A program made the position numbers and the translations under genes. The notes beneath the pieces are model-generated. The model saw nothing but the letters and a program-made list of their open reading frames with translations, did not search any database and was not told the origin of the DNA. This document shows, in pieces, positions 1 to 10,771 of a stretch of 32,666 bases of DNA (positions within the stretch are counted from its first letter, which is position 1; each line of letters opens with the position of its first letter). Source of the DNA: Conidiobolus incongruus B7586 (Eukaryota); the NCBI GenBank assembly GCA_000697335.1, contig JNEM01009181.1, positions 1 through 32,666 on the forward strand, in the 5' to 3' direction.

Positions 1-507
1 TGTCATTTTTTAGGCAAACTATTTGACTTTTGCTTAGTTAATAGTTGTAATGAGTTCTTGTATTTATACTTACGCTACCCCTCTCCACACCATTTACCTA
101 TCATTCAAAAATATGTTTGGATCTTTACTTGTATGTACCATCAATGGACTCTCCTGGTTCATACTCAACAACCACCCGAATTTGACCCTGTCACCAATAT
201 GGTTGATTATCACACTTTAAGAGCTATGAAAGCAGCGAAAAGCATCTATAACATTTCACAATGTAATCCAGAAAGTGGATTATACATGTTTTACCATTAT
301 TTATCAGCCATATCATTTTTCTATGTAAAATTATATTTAAGCTCTGAGCAAAATGAAGCATTTCGAGATGAAATCTTGGTTGAGTTGAGCAATATCTACA
401 ACCTATTTTTAAAATATAAGAGAGACTATTCTCTTCCAGACAATACTTTAGATGCTTTAAATGAAATTTTAAAATTATTGAAACTTAAAATAATTATTCA
501 ACCTTAA
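1..507 (+). CDS. Zn(II)2Cys6 transcription factor paralog 1, C-terminal part (5' end outside window)
   Basis: Frame is open from base 1 (CHFLGKLFDFCLVNSCNEFLYL...) to TAA at 505-507. It aligns with the C-termini of the four complete paralogs (RYPS..IIQKYVW.FTC.YHQW, YHYLSAISFFY). Confidence 0.9.
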   Translation, partial: CHFLGKLFDFCLVNSCNEFLYLYLRYPSPHHLPIIQKYVWIFTCMYHQWTLLVHTQQPPEFDPVTNMVDYHTLRAMKAAKSIYNISQCNPESGLYMFYHYLSAISFFYVKLYLSSEQNEAFRDEILVELSNIYNLFLKYKRDYSLPDNTLDALNEILKLLKLKIIIQP

Positions 508-1663
508 ATAAAATCATTATATTAATTATTTTAGCTATTCTAATAATATATTTAAAGTATTTGAATAAATCATCAATTACACATAGTTAAATAATTACAT
601 TATATACTAAGATTATAAATCATTATTATTTTTCTAAAAAATGATTAATAGCATAAAAAGTGACTCGAAAGTATTTATATTTATATTAATATTCTAGAAA
701 TAAATGAAATATTTAACACAATTAATATAAATTTAAATTTTCTAATTTCTATATAATTTTTTAATTTATATTTAAATTTTATAGATTTAAAATATATCAG
801 TATTTATTCTTAAAGGTTCATTAAAATTAAAGAATAGTAATATAATACTATATTTTATATTGATTTTTCAAGGATTTAATTTGAAAAACAAATAATTTCC
901 CAAAGATTATTAAATCTCACATTTTTAATATTATTCATATCTCATATATTATTAAGGTATTAAAATTCTCAAATTTATTTACCGAAACATTAATAGCCAT
1001 TTTTAAAACTACACATTTTGTCAAATATTTGAATATAATATTTCCAAAAAGGTGAAATAGAACTAAAAAAAGTTTTAACTAGTTATATATAATCCAAAAT
1101 GTTATTTCCTTGTACTGTAATGAAATGAATATCAATGACTCTATGTTTTTAATATGTATTGTTAAAAACACTTGACTGATTTTTCTATTTCATATTTATT
1201 TCAAACAATTGATAGACAAATCTATGCAGCAGTATATGTGATTTAGGATCTGCACATGTAATTATTTGTATATCATATTCAATTTAATACAATTTCTATA
1301 TTTCTCAAATATATCAGGGCACATAACTTGCAATCAATATTTCAATTTATCGATCTATATTTTACACAAATATTTAGTAAAATGAATTGCATCACAAAAT
1401 TTTCAAGTGAGATTTGCTACCACATGAACGTTTATATCTGTTTTTGGATGAAATTAATCATGGGCATAATTCAATGAATGTAGAGACTGTAAATATATAA
1501 ATACCGGAACGATGAATCATCTAAATGATTCTTTAACAAAAATGAATTTCATTTTTAATCAAATTATTGTTTAAATCTATCAGGATTAATTTTTATAAAG
1601 ATAAATATATTTTGTTATAGTTAGAAAATTATCCAGTTGGCTACTCTTTTTAAGGTTTTATAA

Positions 1664-3442
1664 ATGCTTCAGTCGAAAGAAAAGGAGGATCAAATTAAAC
1701 AAGCTTCACTGCTCCAGGATAGTAGTGTATCATGTAAAGAATGCCGTCGGAGAAAGGTTCGATGTGGAAGAGAACTGCCAAAATGTAAAGCATGTGTAAG
1801 ATTTGATGTGACTTGTATATATCTAAATATTGCTCATAAAAGACATACCAGACAAAAGTTGGAGAATATGGGAAAAATTGTTTTTAATCCATTAGATCGA
1901 TCCAAAGAAACTGAATTAGGTCATTCATTAGATAAAAGTGATATATCTTGTTTTAGGAACCTATCTACTTCGACCAATGCTATAACTTTTAAGTTCAAAA
2001 TTACTCCATCCATATCATTGAAAAATAATACTGATGAATCCATAATTTTACACCAAGGCACATCAACATATCAACAAGGATCTCGGTTTCAACCACATCT
2101 GATATTGATGCTTCTTGGCCAAATGATTCATAGCAACTCTAATATTGGTGATGAGGTGGGATGGTTACTTGATAATATCAAACTAGGAATTTTTGGAGGT
2201 ATAGTCACAGCACACATCAAGCTTAATAATTCTTGGATTAAAGAATTATATAACCCCAAATTTAAACAACAGACACTCGATAATTATTTCAAGTATTTGC
2301 ATCCTTGGTTTACATTCTTTGGAAAACAGCTTTTCTATCAGAATATAGATACCGTTGATCCTGTACTACTATCGGTTTTATTATTCGCAGGATATCAATA
2401 TACTAGTAATCATCACAAAGAGCTACTAAAATACCTTGAACATATAGCAAAGATTCAACTGAAAAGAAATTTTTTCAAATCTTCAAAATCAAATTGCCAA
2501 GCTCTTTTTATTTTCTCTTATTCAATGCTTTTGAGAGGGCTAGCCAAGCAATCTTTACCTTATTTTAACCAGGCATGTAGAATCTCATCTATACTTGGAA
2601 TTCACTTAGATATACCCGGATTAAAAGCCATTTATCAACATGAAAGAAGATGTATCAGAAGCACAGCATTATGTCAAGATCAGCATATTAGTGGTACGCT
2701 AACCCTGCCTCCATATTTTATTTTCATGGTTCCCATCTCTTCTAGACTTGATCCTAAATTCGAAGTTATTCAAGGAGTGGACAGTTATCTGGATATATTA
2801 GAGGCGAAATGCGTATGTTTACTTCGATCAATATATAATCACTACTGGATGCCAGTGACTAACCATATGTTAGTATTTACCATAAAACAAGGATTAAATG
2901 GTAGTAACATAAGCTCCAGCCAACTGAAATCTTGTTGTCATTATTTAGGAAAACTATTCGACTATTGTTTGATCAGGAGTTATAATGAATTCTTAAATTT
3001 AACTTATCTCAATCCTTCAGAAGAATGCATATCGGTTATTCAAAAATATATTCGAGTATTTACCTGTAACTACTATCAATGGATTCTACTTGTTTATTCA
3101 CAACACCCTCCAGAATTTCACCCAGTAACAAATCAAGTTGATTATCATACGATGAGGGCGTTGAGCGCGGTGAAAAGTATATTTAAACTGATACAATCCT
3201 GCCATATAAGCACATTATATATTTATTATCATTATTTATCGGCAATATCATTCTATTACCTCAATTTATATTTGAACTCGGATCAAAATATTGGTTTTCA
3301 AAATGAAGTATTAATTGAATTGGGTAAAATATACAATTTATTTATGAAATATAAGAGAAAATTCTCATTTTCTAATGATACTTTAAATGCTTTAATAGAA
3401 ATATTAAGGTTGTTAAAAATTGAATTCAATACAGAAGAATAA
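1664..3442 (+). CDS. Zn(II)2Cys6 (Gal4-type) transcription factor with fungal middle homology region, 592 aa, intronless
   Basis: CKECRRRKVRCGRELPKCKACVRFDVTC fits Cx2Cx6Cx6Cx2Cx6C. Fungal_trans/MHR-like motifs YFKYLHPWF..F, QALFIFS, ACRISSILGIH, ERR are present. Confidence 0.93.
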   Translation: MLQSKEKEDQIKQASLLQDSSVSCKECRRRKVRCGRELPKCKACVRFDVTCIYLNIAHKRHTRQKLENMGKIVFNPLDRSKETELGHSLDKSDISCFRNLSTSTNAITFKFKITPSISLKNNTDESIILHQGTSTYQQGSRFQPHLILMLLGQMIHSNSNIGDEVGWLLDNIKLGIFGGIVTAHIKLNNSWIKELYNPKFKQQTLDNYFKYLHPWFTFFGKQLFYQNIDTVDPVLLSVLLFAGYQYTSNHHKELLKYLEHIAKIQLKRNFFKSSKSNCQALFIFSYSMLLRGLAKQSLPYFNQACRISSILGIHLDIPGLKAIYQHERRCIRSTALCQDQHISGTLTLPPYFIFMVPISSRLDPKFEVIQGVDSYLDILEAKCVCLLRSIYNHYWMPVTNHMLVFTIKQGLNGSNISSSQLKSCCHYLGKLFDYCLIRSYNEFLNLTYLNPSEECISVIQKYIRVFTCNYYQWILLVYSQHPPEFHPVTNQVDYHTMRALSAVKSIFKLIQSCHISTLYIYYHYLSAISFYYLNLYLNSDQNIGFQNEVLIELGKIYNLFMKYKRKFSFSNDTLNALIEILRLLKIEFNTEE

Positions 3443-6148
3443 ATTATTGTATTAATAAAATGTGTTTATTTGATATATATTATTGAAGTATTTTTATATT
3501 TAAAATTGAATAAAAATTATTTATAATATTTTCATAAATACAATAATATTTCATAAATCGAACTTTTAAACTATTTAATCAATAGCCTTTGCAAAATTTA
3601 TTTTCAAGTTATCATTCAAAATTTTATATTTTAAAAGATCACAAATAAATTACAATTCCTTAATACCATATCAACATAAAATTCTAAAAAAATTGGCTTA
3701 ATTTTGAATGCTCAAATTTTTTGATAGTGATATCAATGGACTTGGGATCCTAACTATATATTCACTATTCCTTTTCCTTTTGATTCTTGTTAGTTTGATC
3801 GATATTGTTAAAATATCTTGCTCGCTACCCTTCTAAAACAGCGAACCTGAATTTGCAAAGATTTTTTCAATTTGTGTGAATAGATTTATCTAGTGCGTTC
3901 AGTTTTGAAGACCTCAATATGTTACATAGATGAAATTTCATTTTATTTATTAAAATTTAGAATATAAAAAAAATTATGTAGAATGTCTATCAGTTCACAA
4001 AACCTCAAATATAGTGATGTTTTTCCAATTGTTCAAAAGTTAAAACATCACCTAATTTATTTATATAATTCAGATATAATTATGTACAATCTAAATTTTT
4101 AAATATCAAAATCAATTTATTTATTTTACTGTAATCATGATATATGAAATTTTCTTGCTGCCAAGGCCTATAGCTTGGCTGGTGAAAATTATCTTATTCA
4201 CTAAAAAGAATATATTTATAATACTTAATTCATTATTTCTTTAGCTTATTATTTATTCTACTCGCCTGAAAAGTGGGTGGTTCGGTCAAGCTCAACATAT
4301 TTCATATATTTGGTGAAATTCAAATCTTGTATAATATATATATGAAATACATCCGATAGGTTAGCCTAATATTTCAAGTCACAGTTTATTATATTTAATT
4401 TTCGAATCTCTGCTATAAATTTTGTGTAAATAGATTCTTAGTCAATTAATTTAAATTTATGTCAACAAGCGTTGGCATCAATTGATAATTAACTAATTTA
4501 GAAATCATTCCTTGAGGATCTTATTTTTTATTTTTTTTGAATGAAGCCTTAATTCAAAGTTTGATATTTTTATATCAAAAGAGGACTTTAAAAATCATTC
4601 TCAAGGTATATTATAAAACATCCAGTTCTCCTGTAGATGATGCTTAGGTACTTTCTAAACATTTAATTTTGAATTTAAACTATTTTATTACAAATACAAA
4701 ACAAAATATTTCCTAAAATTCTAATTATATAATATTTATTAAAAATATTTTAATCAAATATTATATTTATATTAATAAGGATCATAATTGAACTCAATTA
4801 TAGTTATTTATTAGTAAAACATACAGTTTAAATAAATTTTTCAAAACCTCAATTTTATAGAAACAATATTGGAGGTAATGGGTTAATGAAAAGGTAAAGA
4901 ACTTTGGATCTCTTAGTCATATTTATCACAATTTCATATAAACTTTCTTCTCCAGTTCTAAATAAATCGTGGTTTTCAAAATTATAAATATTTTAAAAAA
5001 ATATTGTCAGTTATTTAAGACTTAAATAATTTGAATTATTGGGCTAAATCCAATTAAAATCTGCGTAATTGCCACATATTCTTGATATCCAAATTTGAAT
5101 AGTGGATTTAAAATCTATAGATATATAAACTTTTTTTTGTTTTAAATAGAACTGAGTACTATAAAAAATGAGTTTTATTTGAATAAAGTATATTTTATCT
5201 ATTCATTTTCCTAATATATTGATTTAAAATATTTTCTCTATATAATGGATGTTCATATTAAATTTTGGTAGAAAAAGATAAAATCAATACCCTAAGGTTC
5301 GAATTTTGCATAAGACTTAGGTAGCACAAACTTGCCATTAATAGTGGGTTACCGCCCAGAATCGAATCTTAAACTTCTAATTTTATTTTGAAAAAATTAT
5401 TTTAAATACAATTTCGATGATGTTTACTATATTATATTTCCTGAAATGCAATGTATTAAATTTCACTATGAATTATTGGATTAATATTCTTTGTATTTGT
5501 TTATTTATTCAAGTTAACTGAATTAATACTGTACAATTTTTTAAGCAATGTTGAGCATTAATTGCAGCAATAAACTTAACTTATATGGATAAATTTTTAT
5601 ATTGATTCTCATTATAACCCCAATCAATCTAAAAATGTGATATAAATATAATAAAGAATATTATCCAACAATCAAAATTATTCTTCACTTATATTGGAAT
5701 ATATTGAATGATTAATATCTCTTTTTCACCGTTAATCAAAGCAAAAATCAGAGGCTGATTCATGAGCAAAGCCTATATGCATAAATTAGTACCTTAGAGG
5801 AGTTAACATTGATATAAAGGTGTTTGTAAAAAACATAATAGAAGCTTAAAATAAGGCTATATCATAAAACTAAGACAACACCAAATTACTAATATATACG
5901 AATTTATTATGTAAAGTAGAAAATTCAAGAATGTGACTGACTAATTTTTAACAAATTAAAATGCCACAGATTAAAGTAACATGATTACCTTTATGCATTT
6001 ATAATTAATTTAATAAATTACAAATTTAAATAGAGTATTTAATGAGTATAAAAATCACTAATTTTAAATATCCATATCTTTTCTTTAAATACATTAATCT
6101 ATATTACGATAAACGCTTAAGGGTAAATCAGTTGTATTTGGAGCAAAG

Positions 6149-7909
6149 ATGATATCGAAAAATATTGATAATAATCAACCTCAGATTGAGAGTGGAGTTT
6201 CATGTGATGAGTGCCGGAAGAGAAAAGTTAGGTGTGGAAGACAGCTACCAAAGTGTAGTTGGTGTGTGAAATCGCGTATTGATTGTATTTATTCAAAACC
6301 GAGTCATAAAAGACATACAAGGAAAAATGTAAGCTATATTAAAAGAATCGTATTTGACGATATAAATAGAACTAAGAGGAGCGATTTAGTTAATAATAAA
6401 GGTCAAAGAGAAATATCATCGGTCCAAATGGTATCAAGTTCTATCAATAACTTGAATTTAATTATCAAAATTAAACCGGCTTTATCAGTTAAAAACAATC
6501 TGGTTGAAACCACTGTAATTCATCAAGAAACTACCCATAATTACCAAGGAACTCGATTTCAATCACATTTAATACTATTGTTACTTGGACAAATCACTCA
6601 AAACAATTCAGTGATAGGAAACGAAATAGGATGGTTTATAGACAAAATCAAGTTGGGCGTATTCGGGGGATTAATTAAGACTCATATTAAACTTAACAAT
6701 GTGTGGATCAAAGAATTATTCAATCCAAGTTTCAAACAACAGGCACTTGAAAATTATTTTAAGTACTTTCATCCTTGGATTACATACTTTAGTAAACAAT
6801 TATTTTACGAAAATATCGATTATATTGATCCTGTATTACTTTCAGTAATCATTTTTGTTGGATATTCATATGAGAAAAATCTTCATAAAGAACTCTTAAA
6901 ATATCTAGAGCATCAGGCTAAGGTACAGCTGAAAAAGAATTTCTTAAAGGTTTCGAAATCAAATTGTCAGGCGCTATTTATTTTCTCCTACTCTATGCTA
7001 TTTAGAGGATTAGCCAAACAATCTTTATCTTATTATAATCAAGCCTGCAGAATTTCATCAATCCTTGGAATTCATTTAGATATTCCTAAATTAAAAGATG
7101 TTTATCAGCATGAACGAAGATGTATTCGAAGTATGTCTCTCTGTCAAGATCAACATCTCAGCAGTGTGTTAAGTTTACCACCTTATTACAGTTCCATGCT
7201 ACCTATGGTCTCTAACCTAGAACCCGAATTTCAAATTGTTCAAGTTCCCAGCAAACTTGAAATGTTGGAAGCAGAGTGTATATGTTTGATTCGATGGCTA
7301 TTTGATCGCTATTGGATGCCAGTGAGAAACCTAATGTCAAGATTCCATTTGAAACATGATTTACAAAGTAATCAACTCACAACTGATCAAATGAGATCAA
7401 GCTGTGATCATTTAGGAAAATGGTTTGATTTCTGTTTAGTGAAAAGCTGTAACTGGTTTTTGATACTAACGAGGCGATACCCTTCTGCAGAGTGTTTACC
7501 CATCATTCAAAAGTATATATGGTCGTTTACTTGTTTGTATCATCAATGGAATCTGCTTCTATATTCTCAGCAACCTCCTGAATTCCATCCACAGTCGAAA
7601 AAGGTTGATTATTTCACTCAAAAATCTTTGAGAGCGGTAAAGAGCATATTTCATATTGTACAATGCAGTCCAATTAGCACATTGTATATGTACTATCATT
7701 ATTTGTCAGCTATATCTTTCTTTTATCTGAGATTATATTTACAATCTGATGGAAATGAAATATTTCAAAGAGAAATATTAATTGAATTAAGTAAAGTATA
7801 TAACTTATTTTTCAAATACCAAAGAGAGTATTCATTTTCTAATGAAACATTCGACGTTTTAAAAGAAATGGTGAAAGTATTAAAAATAGATTTACCCATT
7901 GATTATTAA
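6149..7909 (+). CDS. Zn(II)2Cys6 transcription factor paralog, 586 aa, intronless
   Basis: CDECRKRKVRCGRQLPKCSWCVKSRIDC, with the same MHR motifs (YFKYFHPWI, ACRISSILGIHLDIP). Confidence 0.93.
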   Translation: MISKNIDNNQPQIESGVSCDECRKRKVRCGRQLPKCSWCVKSRIDCIYSKPSHKRHTRKNVSYIKRIVFDDINRTKRSDLVNNKGQREISSVQMVSSSINNLNLIIKIKPALSVKNNLVETTVIHQETTHNYQGTRFQSHLILLLLGQITQNNSVIGNEIGWFIDKIKLGVFGGLIKTHIKLNNVWIKELFNPSFKQQALENYFKYFHPWITYFSKQLFYENIDYIDPVLLSVIIFVGYSYEKNLHKELLKYLEHQAKVQLKKNFLKVSKSNCQALFIFSYSMLFRGLAKQSLSYYNQACRISSILGIHLDIPKLKDVYQHERRCIRSMSLCQDQHLSSVLSLPPYYSSMLPMVSNLEPEFQIVQVPSKLEMLEAECICLIRWLFDRYWMPVRNLMSRFHLKHDLQSNQLTTDQMRSSCDHLGKWFDFCLVKSCNWFLILTRRYPSAECLPIIQKYIWSFTCLYHQWNLLLYSQQPPEFHPQSKKVDYFTQKSLRAVKSIFHIVQCSPISTLYMYYHYLSAISFFYLRLYLQSDGNEIFQREILIELSKVYNLFFKYQREYSFSNETFDVLKEMVKVLKIDLPIDY

Positions 7910-8409
7910 TAAACTGCTTATATCTCTGATATTTTATAATTTTGAAATTTTTAAAATTAATTATTTAAATTATCAGAAATTCAAATAACTCGAAATAAAA
8001 CATTTCAAATAAATTTATTAATACAAAATTATTCTACATAAAAGAATAGTTTTTTATAATTTAATTTTTTTAATATTATATTGTTATATAAATTTCTCTC
8101 TATCATGAAATGATTCAGACTTAGTTCTGTAAATCTAAATGTATCAATCTTGAAAATTCTTTGTTAAAATATTTTCAAACATGATTTTTTCTGGGAAATT
8201 ATATAATAATAGAACTTTGTTGGAATAATCTTAGAGTATCTTTTATTCATTATTATTGAATACAAATAAAATATATTTTAATATATTTATATCTATAATA
8301 TCAATATAATTTAATAATCAAAACAATCTAAACTGGTTGATTAGTTTATTATTTGAAAATAATACTTAAATATTAATATCAAATTTTTAATAAAATATAA
8401 TACAAAATA

Positions 8410-8443
8410 TTAGTGCAGAAATTAAGTAATGGCACAATTTTAA
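8410..8443 (+). repeat. Mariner terminal inverted repeat (transposase 3' side)
   Basis: TTAGTGCAGAAATTAAGTAATGGCACAATTTTAA, 27/34 identical to the reverse complement of 9695-9728. Confidence 0.85.
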
Positions 8444-8503
8444 GATTGAAATTAAACAAATAAATTAATAAATAATATATAAAAATTAATGAATAATATA
8501 AAA

Positions 8504-9536
8504 TTAATAGCCTTTTTTATTATTAATAACTCTTTTCTATACTTTTGGTAAGCTTCTAATACCTAAAAAACAGTTCTTTTTATTAAGGACTGAAATTTGA
8601 TGTTTCATGAACTAATTTAATTTGTTTGCAGGAATTTTTTTCCTGCAAACTGTTTTTTTAATTGTCCAAAACAGTTATAATCACATAGGTTATAATCAGG
8701 TGAATATACTAGATGTGGTAACTCCCTCTAATTTTTTTATATAAAAAATCTTTTACAGCTTTAACTTTATGTATTTTGCCATTATCATGTAAAATAATAG
8801 ATATTCTCAATATAAATTGAGAACATCATTTAGAAATTGTTTTATTTAAAAAAGTAATATATAACTTACTATTAATTGATTTTCCTTGAGGTATTAAATA
8901 AGAAAACCATATACCATTATAATCTATTATAACAATTAAAATTCACTTATATTTAAAGTGCTTGTTCATTAGAATTTGTAGAGGGGATTGATTTAGCTTA
9001 ACCCAACATCTTGTTTTATTTTTAAGCAAAGGATTATATAAAGGAATCTAAGATTCATTAATTACAAGTATTTGTTGTAAGAACCTTTGTTTTTGGTTAT
9101 ACCTTAATAAGTTTAGTTTAGCTATAGCTACTTTAGTTTTCTTTTAGGCTTTTGTTAAATTATAAGGTATCTATTTTATACTTTTATTAATTAATCCAAG
9201 TTTAAACTTAAGTAAATATAACATACTTGTATAATTAATATTAAATTGCTTTGATAATTCTCTAGCAGAAATAAAAAGGTATTTCTTAATATATTTTTTT
9301 ACTTTATTGGTAAGTAAAAGTATAACAGTAGAAATTAGTCTTTTAGATTTTGGTAAATTTTGAATAATGTCTTTTTAAGCTTTAAAGTCACAAATCTAGT
9401 GATATATGGTAGTTTTAGATAAAACACCATCCCTATAAGCTGTTTGCAAGTTTTAGATGATTTTAGAGGGTTTATGGTTAAGTTTTAAAGATACAAAAAT
9501 GAAAGCCTTTTGATAATCACAATCTAGTTTAAACAT
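8504..9536 (-). pseudogene. Mariner transposase pseudogene
   Basis: Minus-strand translation from ATG 9536 gives AYRDGVLSKTTIYH*I..F (Mos1-type HTH), K*IPYNLT (WVPHEL motif), ILVINES*IPLYNP (first D), ILHDNGKIH (second D), *RELPHLVYSPDYNLCDY (YSPDLAPSDY motif, third D) and GIRSLPKV*KRVI...GY*. About 11 in-frame stops and about 2 frameshifts. Confidence 0.92.
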
Positions 9537-9694
9537 AATTAAATTTAAGTGTAAATTTTAAAATCAAAATATTTTAATAAAAAAATAATGAAAATTGAAT
9601 ATATATATATAGTTTGAAAATATTTATTTTCCTATATATTATATATATATATATAATCTTTCAAAATGTATAATATGTTTGAAAGATCAGAAAT

Positions 9695-9728
9695 TAAAAA
9701 ATTTCCCATTTCTTAATTTCCATACTAA
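9695..9728 (-). repeat. Mariner terminal inverted repeat (transposase 5' side)
   Basis: Reverse complement reads TTAGTATGGAAATTAAGAAATGGGAAATTTTTAA, followed outside by TA. Confidence 0.85.
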
Positions 9729-10725
9729 TAATCTGATTTTATAATCTAGGATAGAATAATTTGTTTAATTTATATGAAATAAAGAAATTTTTTGATTGAA
9801 TAATGAATAATGAATATTTTATATTTTGAACTAATTAATTATCAAATTGGAGTGAAGCTTGTTACCTAAATATTATTAAATATAATACATATTTTGAATG
9901 GATTATTTATACTTTAGGTAAATATAATAGATAGATAAATTGGAAAGGTTTTTTAATTGAATAAATCAATGTTTTAATACATATATGCGATTAATTGATA
10001 ATGGTAAGTACTTTTATAATAGATTTTAAAATAATAATCAATATCATTATTTTCTGAAATATATAATATCAATTTTAACTAAATAATAAGATATTAAATT
10101 GGTTAGTTCCTAGTTTATAATACTATATAATTAAAACCCGATTTTTCATAATTTTTTTATTAATTATTATACTGCTTTTATAAAAAGGAATGATAGAAAT
10201 AGCCACTAAGAAACTATAATAAGATCAAAGTTTATTTCGTTATCATTAAATAAAATAAATAATAGTTAATAGAAAATAAATTTCAGGTACCTATATATTT
10301 TATATCTCATGAATAATATCAATTTAGAAAATTATCTAGCATTGAATATATTTTTGATGACATATATACTTTAACTATTTTCATTATTCACCAAACAAAT
10401 TTTATTCACAAAATCAATCACTGTCAAAAATTCTGGCTGATCATATATATAATAGTACTAATTCCATTGTTTCTCACTTTATAATTTTGATATATAAAAT
10501 ATAAGGGTATATATTGTTTTCAATAATAATACTGAGTAAACAGATATTTATGATATTCTTTTATGCCTGATTAAATATTTTAAGTATAAATTACTTATAA
10601 TCAAAAATATGAATATTGCTTGATGATAATTCTAAATCTAATTAGTAAATTTAGAATATAATTGTAATATTAACTCTTAAAATTGAATGTTTTTTTCAAA
10701 AGTTAGAGATAATTTAAATATGAAT

Positions 10726-10727
<2 letters not shown>

Positions 10728-10769
<42 letters not shown>
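10728..10769. repeat. (AT)21 microsatellite
   Basis: Perfect AT run flanked by ATTG and CAAT. Confidence 0.95.

Positions 10770-10771
<2 letters not shown>

Larger units (their letters stand above)
8410..9728 (-). mobile_element. Full-length degenerate mariner (Tc1/mariner, DD34D) DNA transposon, 1319 bp
   Basis: TA dinucleotides flank both ends (8408-8409 and 9729-9730). It has 34-bp imperfect TIRs and an internal ~344-codon transposase relic. The length is typical of mariners (~1.3 kb). Confidence 0.92.

Noticed and set aside
58..507. 149-aa ORF as a standalone protein
   Set aside because: It starts at TTG. The frame is open from base 1 and is the tail of a longer TF gene.
3720..4330. Two short MKF-starting coding-like patches (minus ~3940, plus ~4145)
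   Set aside because: Both are interrupted within 10-25 codons and have no recognisable motif. They may be relics but cannot be supported.
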